The notes beneath the pieces were generated by a model. That model ran no database searches, had not been told where the DNA came from, and was given only the letters and a program-made list of their open reading frames with translations. This document shows positions 50,651-60,103 of a stretch of DNA of 64,000 bases, piece after piece. Source of the DNA: a virus. Each line of letters opens with the position of its first letter. Within the stretch, counting starts at the first letter, position 1. The stretch lies in IMG/VR virus record IMGVR_UViG_3300044633_000631, positions 1 through 64,000 of that record. One strand, given 5' to 3'. Made by a program: the position numbers and the translations under genes.

Positions 50651-52267
50651 TTAAATCTCCATAAAATCATCTGGGTGTAATAGTATTGAAGCTGATAACC
50701 TACCTGTTGGATAGTCATAATCAACACCTGGTACGTTTCCTGTTAGACCTGTGAATCTGCTTTTCAGTACTCTCATCTTAATATGATTTCTTATTCTATC
50801 ATCATCATGTGACATGTCACGTGCGAATGCTATGATATCATTTGAAATTTGTTTAATTGAGCCTGAACCCTTAATATCATCTAAAGATGGTAATTGACCT
50901 TCTTCAAATGATGTCTTGCCTGTAGGTGTCTTCCTTAAATGTGACACTAAGCCAATCCATACGGGATATCTTTTACATAATCTAAGTAAATCATTCATAG
51001 TTTTATCTATGGCTTCATTACCTGTTAGTCCATCTACACCTTCTGAAACCAGGATTGTAATGTGATCGATGAATAGATATTTACAACCTGATAATGCCAT
51101 ATACTCTAGCTTTTCAAACAGAGTTGAATCTTCCATAGAACCTTGATGGTCTAATACCATAATTCTATCATCACCAAACACTGCTCTAAAGCCTGATTCT
51201 AATTCACTTTCTGTTAATTCTCTATATGAAGGATTGACATTCAACGGAATACCCGAGAGTTTACGTGTAGTCTCAGCAGGTGATTCTTCTAATGATACAA
51301 TACCTACCATTGCAGGGGTAGTATCTATAATATGCCACACAATTTCTCTGAGAATAGTTGACTTACCTGAGCCTGTACCAGAAGTAAATAGTACAATCTC
51401 ATTTTCACGCATACCTTTAGTCTTAGTATTTAATGCATCTAAACACATGGGATATGGTACAGATTCAGTATCATTGTAAGCTTTTAAAGCTTCCCATAAT
51501 TCATCTCTACCTAAGATACCTACAGGCGTGTATTTAGACGCTTCCCAAATAGCAATTAATAATTGTTGGCCGCCTTTCTCAAGTAACATTTGACTTGGAT
51601 CTTTAACAGGCAATTTAGCTAATCTTACTTTATCAGCACCTATATATTTAATAGCTTCTGCTTTAGCTTTTTCACCAGCTTCATCAGTATCAAGGCATAA
51701 TACTACTGTGTCAAATGACCTTACCCAATCTCTATGCGCTAAGAGTGTCTTAACATTAGATGCTGAGGGAATTGAGACTACAGGATAAATTTTTCCATAC
51801 TTATCTAATGATGCTTGTGCTACTGCCATTGCATCTAATTCACCCTCAGTTACAATCAACCTCTTACCACCTGTGCCAAACTTATCCATACCGAATAAAG
51901 TTGTTGGTTTACCTATACATGAAAACATCTTAGGTAGCTTTCTAACTTTATAAATACCTTCACCGTAAGGATAATAGTGTGTATCTACTTCGCCATCTTC
52001 ATTAAATGCTGATTTAACATCAAAGAATTCCGCTACTTCCTTAGATATCTTTCTATCTTTAAAGCCAGCAGTTCTTAGTTTTTCTACATCTAGTACAAAA
52101 GGTTTCTTAGGTTTTTCCACGTGAGTGAACTCCTTATTTTTGTTAGCGGGAAACCAAGTTTGACAGCTAAAGCATGTAGCTGTGCCGTTCTCATAGATCT
52201 GAAGTGCATCTGAAGAACCGCAATCTGGATTTGGACATGGTTGATTGTGAATTACTATTTTACCCAT
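50651..52267 (-). CDS. DNA primase-helicase (T7 gp4-like)
   Basis: Zinc finger CPNPDC...CFSC, TOPRIM TEGELDAM and DTDEAG, Walker A GTGSGKS, FIDHI, LVSHL, LKSRFTG. Confidence 0.95.
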   Translation of the reverse strand: MGKIVIHNQPCPNPDCGSSDALQIYENGTATCFSCQTWFPANKNKEFTHVEKPKKPFVLDVEKLRTAGFKDRKISKEVAEFFDVKSAFNEDGEVDTHYYPYGEGIYKVRKLPKMFSCIGKPTTLFGMDKFGTGGKRLIVTEGELDAMAVAQASLDKYGKIYPVVSIPSASNVKTLLAHRDWVRSFDTVVLCLDTDEAGEKAKAEAIKYIGADKVRLAKLPVKDPSQMLLEKGGQQLLIAIWEASKYTPVGILGRDELWEALKAYNDTESVPYPMCLDALNTKTKGMRENEIVLFTSGTGSGKSTILREIVWHIIDTTPAMVGIVSLEESPAETTRKLSGIPLNVNPSYRELTESELESGFRAVFGDDRIMVLDHQGSMEDSTLFEKLEYMALSGCKYLFIDHITILVSEGVDGLTGNEAIDKTMNDLLRLCKRYPVWIGLVSHLRKTPTGKTSFEEGQLPSLDDIKGSGSIKQISNDIIAFARDMSHDDDRIRNHIKMRVLKSRFTGLTGNVPGVDYDYPTGRLSASILLHPDDFMEI

Positions 52268-52775
52268 CTTTTGGCCATTGAATTAAACATTCTGGTGACA
52301 TTTTAGTGATCATAGTTAATCGTACTCTGTGATCGTGTGATACATTTTCTTTGACATCCCATGATACCTTCTCGATTTGTTTATTATACCACTTGAGTGT
52401 TACTGGGGTTTCAACATGGCATAATGACCATGTCTCTGCCCAAGCTAAGGAGCCTTTGGTAGTGTATTCATCAAGGACAATAAACTTGAACTCTTTCTTC
52501 GGTCTGCTAGCGAAATGAGCCGCCAAACTGTTAGAGCTAGATTTATATCTACGCCAATCAGATTCTTGTCCATAAGTAGCTTTACCATATGATCTGTAAT
52601 TCTTCTTGCCAAGATAGAATCTATCCAAGACCGTATCATATATAATGTAGATGAATCCCACATATTGTTTATTTCCTACGTTCATCTGTCTATTAAAACA
52701 CCAGTGTCCATTATCAAATTTACTAATATCTGAATTGGACACGGTGTGGTTTATTTTACCTTTAAATTCAGCCAT
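52260..52775 (-). CDS. GIY-YIG-like endonuclease
   Basis: GFIYII...FYLGKK...WRRYKSS pattern. Confidence 0.65.
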   Translation of the reverse strand: MAEFKGKINHTVSNSDISKFDNGHWCFNRQMNVGNKQYVGFIYIIYDTVLDRFYLGKKNYRSYGKATYGQESDWRRYKSSSNSLAAHFASRPKKEFKFIVLDEYTTKGSLAWAETWSLCHVETPVTLKWYNKQIEKVSWDVKENVSHDHRVRLTMITKMSPECLIQWPKDG

Positions 52776-53559
52776 CTCTAATTTCCTGTGCTAATGGCCA
52801 GTTATCAAAACAGAAATAATCATCATATGTATTCTGTATGTTGATAAGCTTTGCATTAGCTAATAGATATTCAGGCCATTCATCACCATTAGCTTTTATA
52901 TATTGTTCAATTACTGCCTCTTGGAATTCCTCATCTGTTGTGCAATGTGCTAAAGCTTTTGATGCTTTCACTGGCCCCATTTTCCAAATGCCAGGTATAT
53001 TATCCGTGGCATCGCCTTTTAATACTTGTTCGTAGAAGTTTCTTTTAGCATCAAGCTCTGAGACTTCTGTAATTGTTTTATGCTTTATATTATAGTGCTT
53101 TCCAGGGATCATTAATAGATCCTTATCTATTGAGCATATAACATAATCTATATTATGAGACCTACATTCATTTGCCCATATACGTAATAAATCATCAGCT
53201 TCGCGTCCATCTGCAGCTATAGCGATCTCGTGCATTACTGCTAGCTTTCTTACAAATGGTACAAAAAGATTAGGTGGACCAGCTGTACGATGCTTCTTAT
53301 AGTCTACAAATATTTCGTCTCTATAGTTGCCTTCACCCTTAACAGCCATACAGTAATCACTTGCAAATGTCTCCTCCATAATCACTTCTAACATACTTTC
53401 AAAGTTACGCCATATTGCTTTACGATACTCTGTATCTTCTTCTTTAGTGAATACTTGAGGTATTACGTTACCCTCATCATCAAGATATGTGACACCATCA
53501 GTACGGTTGTAACAGCAGTTGTGGGCAAGTATATCGCCATCAATCAGTGCTATCAGCAT
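52768..53559 (-). CDS. 5'-3' exonuclease (T7 gp6/FEN-like)
   Basis: LIDGD, YKKHR, EADD, SIDKDL, GDATDNIPG..KMGP. Confidence 0.92.
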   Translation of the reverse strand: MLIALIDGDILAHNCCYNRTDGVTYLDDEGNVIPQVFTKEEDTEYRKAIWRNFESMLEVIMEETFASDYCMAVKGEGNYRDEIFVDYKKHRTAGPPNLFVPFVRKLAVMHEIAIAADGREADDLLRIWANECRSHNIDYVICSIDKDLLMIPGKHYNIKHKTITEVSELDAKRNFYEQVLKGDATDNIPGIWKMGPVKASKALAHCTTDEEFQEAVIEQYIKANGDEWPEYLLANAKLINIQNTYDDYFCFDNWPLAQEIRDG

Positions 53560-53845
53560 CTAAAACTCCCATTTCCTGAGACAATTTCATTCTTAGCAAT
53601 GTGCGATCAATCTTATCTCTGATATCAGGCACTCTTTCGCAATTCAATCTAATATTACACTCTGATGAAAGAAGTATTAAAATAGCTTGTACATCAGATA
53701 GCTCTGATTTAAGCTTTTCTTTGTTAGTCTTTTCATACAATTCATATTTATGATCAAGTGTGAATCTTAAACATTTAGACGCTTCCTGTGCGGCTTCTGA
53801 GAGTTCTTCCATTAAACATACAAGTAGATATTGTTCTTTATTCAT
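53540..53845 (-). CDS. MazG-like nucleotide pyrophosphohydrolase
   Basis: EELSEAAQEASK...ELSDV (EExxE...ExxD). Confidence 0.7.
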   Translation of the reverse strand: MNKEQYLLVCLMEELSEAAQEASKCLRFTLDHKYELYEKTNKEKLKSELSDVQAILILLSSECNIRLNCERVPDIRDKIDRTLLRMKLSQEMGVLDADSTD

Positions 53846-55713
53846 TAGTGAATCTCATACCAGTCATTGCCAATTTTTCCGCTACCATCCATAATCTCAA
53901 CACCGAATAGTTTTGGGCCGTCTGCAAAAGCTTGTTTACCTATTTCTGCTGCTTGTTCAGCAAACTCTTCAGGCACCATAAAGTCAATTTCATCATGCAT
54001 CATAATTAAGGGTTGGTACGGAATTCCTGCAGATTCGAGTCGCTCCATTGCAAGCATACATGCTGCTCCGCAAGTAATTTTCTCTGCCGATTGCAGTAGA
54101 TAGACAAGAAGCTTATGGAAACTGTCAACATACACACGAGTACCAGCCAAGCTAGGTATATAACCATCTCCCTTTTTCTTTGTGTTTCCATATATTTTCT
54201 CCAACTTTTCACTTAAGTCTTTAAACCCTGGAACAGCTTTAATAAAGCCTGATTTCAATTTCTTACCTTTAACATCATCATGCGAGCCAAAGATATATGA
54301 CCAAAGCTTTCCACCACTGGCTCCGAATAAGAATGCGTATAGAATTCTTTTGGCATTCGCTCTTGGTACTACATAATTCATCTTTAAATCTTTCTTTAAG
54401 ATCTCAGTAAGAATATCAGCATTAAATTGATGGATATCACCATTAAGTAATGTATCAATAAATGTAGCATTATTCAAATAATGTGCTAAGCCTCTAGCTT
54501 GATTACCTGATGAATCACAGCCTACAAGCTTCCAGCCAGGCTTACATGAGAACAATTCCCGCATTTCTCTACCCCATGGTGAATCTCCTGACGGTACGTT
54601 AACAATAATAGAGTGTCTAGCACGCATACTTGGTGTACCGATTGTCATACAATCACCGTGCAGATTGCCTTGAGCATCTACGTTCTTTAACCATGTTGTT
54701 AAAATGCCTTGCCTAGCCTTTGCAGTTAAGAAATCTTTATAGAGCTTACCATCACCACCTAAGAATTCTAAACTATCTTCTGTAATCTTAGGTGTAGTTT
54801 TCGCTTTTCTTCCTGTAATAGGATCAGCTTTATAATTCCAATCATTAGGAACCCAACCATGTCTATATAGAAATATCTTTACATCTGTTACCGAGTCCAG
54901 ACTAAGAGGTTCGACTTGAATACGGCAATACTCACCATCGACAATGCGATCATCAGGATCGAACCCACTCCAAGGATCCACATCAAACCACCGAGCAGTA
55001 TGCGCATCATAACATCCATCCTTTCTATATTTAGGTCTCTTTACTTCTACAATACCAAGTTTCTTATCTACAGCGACTATCTTTAAGCCAAGTTTTGAAT
55101 TTAGTGCAGTATACGTCTTATCCATTTCAACTTGTAATCTGTCATAAAGTATATGTGCTTTATCTAAATTAAATGGCCATCCACCTAAGTTAGCTTCGGC
55201 ACACCACTTACTTACTGCATGTTCTACTTTAATATACTCTTTGACTTTAGGATTCTTTTCAGACACTTCAATCAATTCCTGCTTTAATATCTCTAATACC
55301 TTGACATTTAATGAAACGTCGTTATTACAGTATTCACCCATTTGTTCAGAATATCCAGACCAGTCTTCAAACTCTTGTTTAGGAAACTCTAAATATTCAC
55401 CCCAACGTTTTAAACCATGCCCATCATTACCGAACCTCCTATAGTCTAATACTTGTGAAAGAATAAGTGTATCTACAGCTTTTACGCTCTTAGGTAATTC
55501 ATAGTTGAATAGCTTCTTTAATACAGCTAAGTCATATCCAATAATATTATGGCCCATAACTTGTCTAGCATTATTGAATAGTTGTATCCAATTCATATCT
55601 CCTTGCAAAAATTGCATTCGCTTATTAGCACTTACATCATGAACAACCATGATCCACATTTGTGTTACGTCTTTTAATAGTCCATCGGTTTCAATGTCGA
55701 ATACATAATTCAT
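53845..55713 (-). CDS. polA: Family A DNA polymerase (T7 gp5-like) with 3'-5' exonuclease
   Basis: Probable start MNYVFDIETDG. GHNIIGYD, YCNNDV, motif A DSSGNQAR, motif B RANAKRILYAFLFG, motif C HDE. Confidence 0.95.
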   Translation of the reverse strand: MNYVFDIETDGLLKDVTQMWIMVVHDVSANKRMQFLQGDMNWIQLFNNARQVMGHNIIGYDLAVLKKLFNYELPKSVKAVDTLILSQVLDYRRFGNDGHGLKRWGEYLEFPKQEFEDWSGYSEQMGEYCNNDVSLNVKVLEILKQELIEVSEKNPKVKEYIKVEHAVSKWCAEANLGGWPFNLDKAHILYDRLQVEMDKTYTALNSKLGLKIVAVDKKLGIVEVKRPKYRKDGCYDAHTARWFDVDPWSGFDPDDRIVDGEYCRIQVEPLSLDSVTDVKIFLYRHGWVPNDWNYKADPITGRKAKTTPKITEDSLEFLGGDGKLYKDFLTAKARQGILTTWLKNVDAQGNLHGDCMTIGTPSMRARHSIIVNVPSGDSPWGREMRELFSCKPGWKLVGCDSSGNQARGLAHYLNNATFIDTLLNGDIHQFNADILTEILKKDLKMNYVVPRANAKRILYAFLFGASGGKLWSYIFGSHDDVKGKKLKSGFIKAVPGFKDLSEKLEKIYGNTKKKGDGYIPSLAGTRVYVDSFHKLLVYLLQSAEKITCGAACMLAMERLESAGIPYQPLIMMHDEIDFMVPEEFAEQAAEIGKQAFADGPKLFGVEIMDGSGKIGNDWYEIH

Positions 55714-55725
55714 ATATAATTTCCA

Positions 55726-55758
55726 AATAAAAGGCACCCCAGTATTAGTGAGGTGCCG
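55726..55758 (-). terminator. Terminator-like hairpin upstream of polA
   Basis: GGCACC...GGTGCC followed by TTTTATTT on the minus strand. Confidence 0.65.
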
Positions 55759-55764
55759 ATTTTG

Positions 55765-56469
55765 TTATAGGATGCTTTCTACTTCTCCAACCTTTATCGG
55801 TCTGCCGGCCTTTTTATAGGCGATTAGGTACTTTAAGTACCATAAAGCTTTTTGGAGTTCTTGTAGAGAATCATCCTTTTGACCATTACGGTCAAGGTAT
55901 TTTCTTATTTGTAATTCAACTGCTGCTTCGAATTTCACTGGATCACGCAGTGTAGGTATTCTACTCATTGTGTCTAACCATTGTAATTCATCTACATATC
56001 CCTTATAATGCTTAGGGTCTACTGCATTATTTACTTCTTGAGTTTTTTTACGATAATTCATTAGATAATTATCTAAAGCTTCTTCGTCATGGAATACAAT
56101 TTCGTTTCCATTACTTTCTGTAATTACTGCGGTTAAATGGTCATTGTTTAAATTATACTCAGTAACATCACGAATATTCTCATTTAAATATTCATTAATA
56201 GTTGCTTTATATACTATTTGAAGATCATATAAAAATGAAATTGTACGCTCTTTCTTTTTCCAATGTCTTCGATCTATTTGTTCATACCACGCATCAAGTT
56301 CATCAACATTTCTAATAAAAGAAATTCTTTGAAGCGGCATATTATTTGTTTCTGCTTTTATAAAATATCCGTCTTTAAAATTAGAAATCATACTATCTAA
56401 TTCACATTCTCTAATAAAAGCTACAAATTGGTGATCTTTATTAAGTATTTTGTATGTATAATTTATCAT
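55765..56469 (-). CDS. DUF3310 (T7 gp1.7-like) domain protein
   Basis: C-terminal NAVDPKHY...KYLDRNGQKD...ELQKALWYL. Confidence 0.7.
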   Translation of the reverse strand: MINYTYKILNKDHQFVAFIRECELDSMISNFKDGYFIKAETNNMPLQRISFIRNVDELDAWYEQIDRRHWKKKERTISFLYDLQIVYKATINEYLNENIRDVTEYNLNNDHLTAVITESNGNEIVFHDEEALDNYLMNYRKKTQEVNNAVDPKHYKGYVDELQWLDTMSRIPTLRDPVKFEAAVELQIRKYLDRNGQKDDSLQELQKALWYLKYLIAYKKAGRPIKVGEVESIL

Positions 56470-56473
56470 ATAT

Positions 56474-56965
56474 TTAGAATACGTCATCGTCAGTTTCATT
56501 ACTGCTGAATTCACGTTCATATTCTGTCTCACCGAAATCATCTTCGCTGATACGTGGAGTATATACTATATGCTTTGTTAATTGTACTGTCATAAGGGTA
56601 AAGCCTTTCTTTGTAACCCCCATTGGATCTTTATATTCGTATTCAAATACACGAATATTACCGATGGATCCATTTCCAATCGTGTTGGGATCAATAGGTC
56701 TTAATTTACCATCAATCAATTTCACAGGTTCATTTGGTGTACCGTCTGATTTAATAGACTTCTTTTTCAGATTAGCTCTGAAATATGTATCACCATCATC
56801 TGGAACGATAGCCTTGACAGTCAATCCAATAGCTTCCCATTCTTTCTTTTTCTCTTTGTCGGTAGTCCGAATTTGGAGTTCCCATGTAGGATTTTCTTTA
56901 TTAAACTTGCCGTTTGGTTTACCAAGTTTAGCGAAATAAATTTCTACGTCATATAACTTTGCCAT
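56474..56965 (-). CDS. ssb: Single-stranded DNA-binding protein (T7 gp2.5-like)
   Basis: Probable start MAKLYDV. IGNGSIGNI motif and an acidic tail ending in Phe (NETDDDVF); heads the replication block. Confidence 0.8.
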   Translation of the reverse strand: MAKLYDVEIYFAKLGKPNGKFNKENPTWELQIRTTDKEKKKEWEAIGLTVKAIVPDDGDTYFRANLKKKSIKSDGTPNEPVKLIDGKLRPIDPNTIGNGSIGNIRVFEYEYKDPMGVTKKGFTLMTVQLTKHIVYTPRISEDDFGETEYEREFSSNETDDDVF

Positions 56966-56992
56966 TGCTGTTCTCTCTTTTGATTTCTGAAT

Positions 56993-57012
56993 TAGGGTTA
57001 ATTTAACGGGGT
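56993..57012 (-). promoter_or_regulatory. Putative phage RNAP promoter (copy 6)
   Basis: Exact TAGGGTTAATTTAACGGGGT, 27 nt upstream of the SSB start. Confidence 0.8.
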
Positions 57013-57041
57013 CTCTAAGCATTTATAGAGACCCACATTTA

Positions 57042-57452
57042 TTAGGAAATATTTACTGATTCTTGCACGTTTTCATTTACTTTAGCAAGTTCTTCTGGAA
57101 TGAACCAAACCGGACCGCCTGCATTTGTAGTGATGAAATGAAACTCATACCAGTCAGAGTCTTCGATTTTTCGAGCAATATCAAATGAACCAGGATCTAA
57201 CGCAAGATTAGTTTCTCTAAATACACCATTATCATCCATGCCCATAAATGTTACATGCAAGAAATCTCCAAAAGATTCTAGAATATGAAGATTACCGCCA
57301 AATTCATGAATGTAACCTGCAGCATCATGTGTGCTCATTAAGATGTTTGAAAAGTGTTGCCACAGTGGTTTCCAATGCGGATGATCTTCTTTTCCATAAA
57401 AGAAGTCGCGTACATGTGAGTTTTGTCTAAATGTAATCATGCTTTTAACCAT
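57042..57452 (-). CDS. Hypothetical protein
   Basis: Co-oriented ORF of about 130 aa. Confidence 0.65.
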   Translation of the reverse strand: MVKSMITFRQNSHVRDFFYGKEDHPHWKPLWQHFSNILMSTHDAAGYIHEFGGNLHILESFGDFLHVTFMGMDDNGVFRETNLALDPGSFDIARKIEDSDWYEFHFITTNAGGPVWFIPEELAKVNENVQESVNIS

Positions 57453-57744
57453 TCTGAAAATAAATTAATATAACGATCAACTGTTGCTACAGAATCCTCG
57501 TATCCACTTTTGCCTTCACCTAGCATTGCTCTTAATAGCTTAAGCAAACTAAGTACTTCAATTACTTCTTCTTTAAGCACTAGCATTATCTCGTACCATA
57601 GCTTGAACATAAAGTGGAGTAACATCGGGAGGTGCGCATGCTGCAACTCCGCCCAGTGGCATCCAACCTTGGTGCAATAGCTCTACTACCATGTTTTCTA
57701 AAAGTTTACAGCTTACAGCTTCTAATAATTGATATTGCATTTGA

Positions 57745-57951
57745 CTAATCATTTCTTATACCTGTTCTTTCTTTAGCTTTAAGTTGTCTTTCCCAATTAA
57801 CTAAATATGGTTCAATGGATTCTTTATCCCATGTGGCATCTGCTCCATGATTAGGTAATCGTCCTGAATACAATGCCATACCTAGTTGCATCTGGTTGAT
57901 ACCTAATCTAATCATTACATCTCTAGTGCTTACTCTCATTTTTGATTCCAT
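57745..57951 (-). CDS. Putative HTH DNA-binding protein
   Basis: VSTRDVMIRLGINQ...YSGRLP...W, an excisionase-like pattern. Confidence 0.5.
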   Translation of the reverse strand: MESKMRVSTRDVMIRLGINQMQLGMALYSGRLPNHGADATWDKESIEPYLVNWERQLKAKERTGIRND

Positions 57952-58237
57952 GAATAATTATAATCGTTTCAAGTTCAGCAATCTTATCTTGAAGTTTTTC
58001 ATTCAGTTCAGATTGTGTACGCGCAACCTTATACCAATGAATATTCTTATACATTACAAAAAGTAATGAGCACCATAGTGCTATATCACCGTAAGACATC
58101 ATCTATTTTTACCTCTATAATTTTTAATATATCAATTCCAAAGATTCTAAGAGGAATATAAAAAATGAATAGCAATACAAATAATGGTATTACCACCGCC
58201 AATGAAAACATGGCTTGACAAATATCTTTAAACATAA

Positions 58238-58504
58238 TTATTTCCACATTGCCGATTGTTGTTGTTGATTCAAAGTCAGACTCTTGACTTTATTCTCAAA
58301 TGCTACTAATGTAACATATTCTTCTCCAGCTAAGTAAGCGGTTTTATACATATGATCAATATTACTATCTAGTAATGCTCTATCAAGCATATGTTTATTT
58401 CGTGGTGTGAATGTTTCATCATTCCACTGGTCACAGACGTATTCCTCAAATGCGTCTATCTCTAAATTTAAAACATAGTTAATCGTACTCAGAATATTAT
58501 CCAT
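58238..58504 (-). CDS. Hypothetical protein
   Basis: Probable start MDNILS with an AAGGAG RBS. Confidence 0.6.
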   Translation of the reverse strand: MDNILSTINYVLNLEIDAFEEYVCDQWNDETFTPRNKHMLDRALLDSNIDHMYKTAYLAGEEYVTLVAFENKVKSLTLNQQQQSAMWK

Positions 58505-58514
58505 TTGGTTCTCC

Positions 58515-58889
58515 TTAGAAAAATAATAAATCGCCAATTTTTACCATTTTAACATTTGTTCTGAAGCGCTTGCCTAAAGGCACATTATTAAAATGCGTAT
58601 AGCCTTCTGTTAATTTAGTAGTTCTGAGATTTCTGAATAACATTTTTCGCGCCAATTCATATTGCTTATCCAACACATCTCTATCGGCTTTACCTTTAGG
58701 GTGGGGTGTTTTCATACCATGTCGTGCCCATGTAAACAAACCTGGATCACGTTGAATAACATGACATAGATTTTCTCCTGGACGTGCGTGTTCAATTAAT
58801 ACTTGACCTACACCTAACATAGTATCAACTGGTTGGTTTCTTGCCTCGAAATACATTACAGCTACGAGACAACCTATTGATGTTAACAT
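58515..58889 (-). CDS. Cell wall hydrolase (SleB/Hydrolase_2-like)
   Basis: CLVAVMYFEARNQ...VGQV...CHVI...FTW...THF...KIGDLLF; GGAGG RBS before the ATG at 58889. Confidence 0.8.
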   Translation of the reverse strand: MLTSIGCLVAVMYFEARNQPVDTMLGVGQVLIEHARPGENLCHVIQRDPGLFTWARHGMKTPHPKGKADRDVLDKQYELARKMLFRNLRTTKLTEGYTHFNNVPLGKRFRTNVKMVKIGDLLFF

Positions 58890-58909
58890 ACTTTCCTCCA
58901 TTTTTGTTT

Positions 58910-58936
58910 TGAGCAGTTAAAGCATACTCAGGCTTT
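58910..58936 (-). promoter_or_regulatory. Predicted compact H-type RNA pseudoknot in the intergenic leader
   Basis: Minus strand AAAGC-C-TGAGTA-T-GCTTT-AAC-TGCTCA. Confidence 0.5.
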
Positions 58937-58942
58937 TATTAG

Positions 58943-59290
58943 CTATTCCAGCTCTTTGTAGAATTTAACAATGAGTCGCGGAGGAATTGGTGAATACAGC
59001 TGTAAGGGATTTACCTCGGTATTCACACAAGCCGAAATACCACAACAGCTACTAGCTGTCTCAAAAGAAACCTCTACTTCATCAGTTACTGGATTAACCA
59101 TAATCGTGTTTATCATATCATACACAGGGCCACTTACCTCATGCGCAGCTTTATTTTGATAATAGACTCGCGCATGCAAACCCAGGGTATATACTTCCTT
59201 TGGACCTGATACAGCATCTTCATCGGTCAGTGTCAAGTAGCCTATTTTCTCGTAAGCTGCCACAAGTAACTCTGCAATCGTTGTCGGCAT
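58943..59290 (-). CDS. Hypothetical protein
   Basis: Probable start MPTTIAE with a GGAGG RBS. Confidence 0.6.
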   Translation of the reverse strand: MPTTIAELLVAAYEKIGYLTLTDEDAVSGPKEVYTLGLHARVYYQNKAAHEVSGPVYDMINTIMVNPVTDEVEVSFETASSCCGISACVNTEVNPLQLYSPIPPRLIVKFYKELE

Positions 59291-59291
59291 A

Positions 59292-59609
59292 TCAGTAAAC
59301 CTCCACGAAATTAATTTGATAAGACCAATCATCGCCTTTGACGATGAAGATTTCAAAATTACATCCTGGATCAATCTCTTCTTGATCTACTCGCTGACAA
59401 AAAGAATTCGGGTCGCAGCTACGACACACTTTCATGAAGTCTTCCACACGTCCGTTAAAATCTTCAAAAACATCTTTAATGTCATTTTCTGTAAATGTTG
59501 AAACAACTTCGACAACGCCATTACAATTCCAAATAACATGTGCATAAAGCTTTTTCCCAAGGCAATTATTCAACAAAAAAGCATTGGATTCTTCTTTTGA
59601 AATAAACAT
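59292..59609 (-). CDS. Hypothetical protein
   Basis: Probable start MFISKEE. Confidence 0.6.
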   Translation of the reverse strand: MFISKEESNAFLLNNCLGKKLYAHVIWNCNGVVEVVSTFTENDIKDVFEDFNGRVEDFMKVCRSCDPNSFCQRVDQEEIDPGCNFEIFIVKGDDWSYQINFVEVY

Positions 59610-59610
59610 A

Positions 59611-59814
59611 TTAACCCCATTTTTGTAAGATAAAAATTGTGTAAGATCCGTGGTAACCTTCTGTACCACCTGTTGTAATTACATCTGTTAATTCATATTC
59701 AGATTCCATTAATGCTTGTAGTTCAGAGTAGTCAGCTTTATGGCCAACAGCAATGTTTAGTATCTTTACTTCGTGTTTCTTCTTTGGTTGTGTTAAACCT
59801 ATTACATTGCTCAT
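59611..59814 (-). CDS. Hypothetical protein
   Basis: Probable start MSNVIG, with an ATGA overlap. Confidence 0.55.
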   Translation of the reverse strand: MSNVIGLTQPKKKHEVKILNIAVGHKADYSELQALMESEYELTDVITTGGTEGYHGSYTIFILQKWG

Positions 59815-60095
59815 ACCGCAAATCCATACCATTTGCCAACAGGCATTATCGGGTTAGCAAGAAACTTGCACATCGGATTTGTGATCTCAATGGCTTCTCT
59901 CTCTTTCTTTCTTAAGTTATGCATACATGCTTTTAAATCAACACCACTATAAACATAAGTTATGCTACCGTTTTTATTACGTATAGAATCTACTGGATCT
60001 GCTTGACTTTTTACGATACGTGTACGAACAGTATTAGGTGTTGTTCCAGTCAATTCTGCGTATTCATGTATTGTAAATCTTTGTGGCTGTGTCAT
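59811..60095 (-). CDS. Putative HTH DNA-binding protein
   Basis: FTIHEYAELTGTTPNTVRTRI; AGGAG RBS; directly after the RNAP gene. Confidence 0.6.
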   Translation of the reverse strand: MTQPQRFTIHEYAELTGTTPNTVRTRIVKSQADPVDSIRNKNGSITYVYSGVDLKACMHNLRKKEREAIEITNPMCKFLANPIMPVGKWYGFAV

Positions 60096-60103
60096 ATAAA
60101 CTC

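Noticed and set aside
16776-57012. 20-bp motif as T3-promoter vector contamination or an att site
   Set aside because: Only 10 nt match T3, the copies sit at logical operon starts, and there is no vector sequence or integrase in the window.
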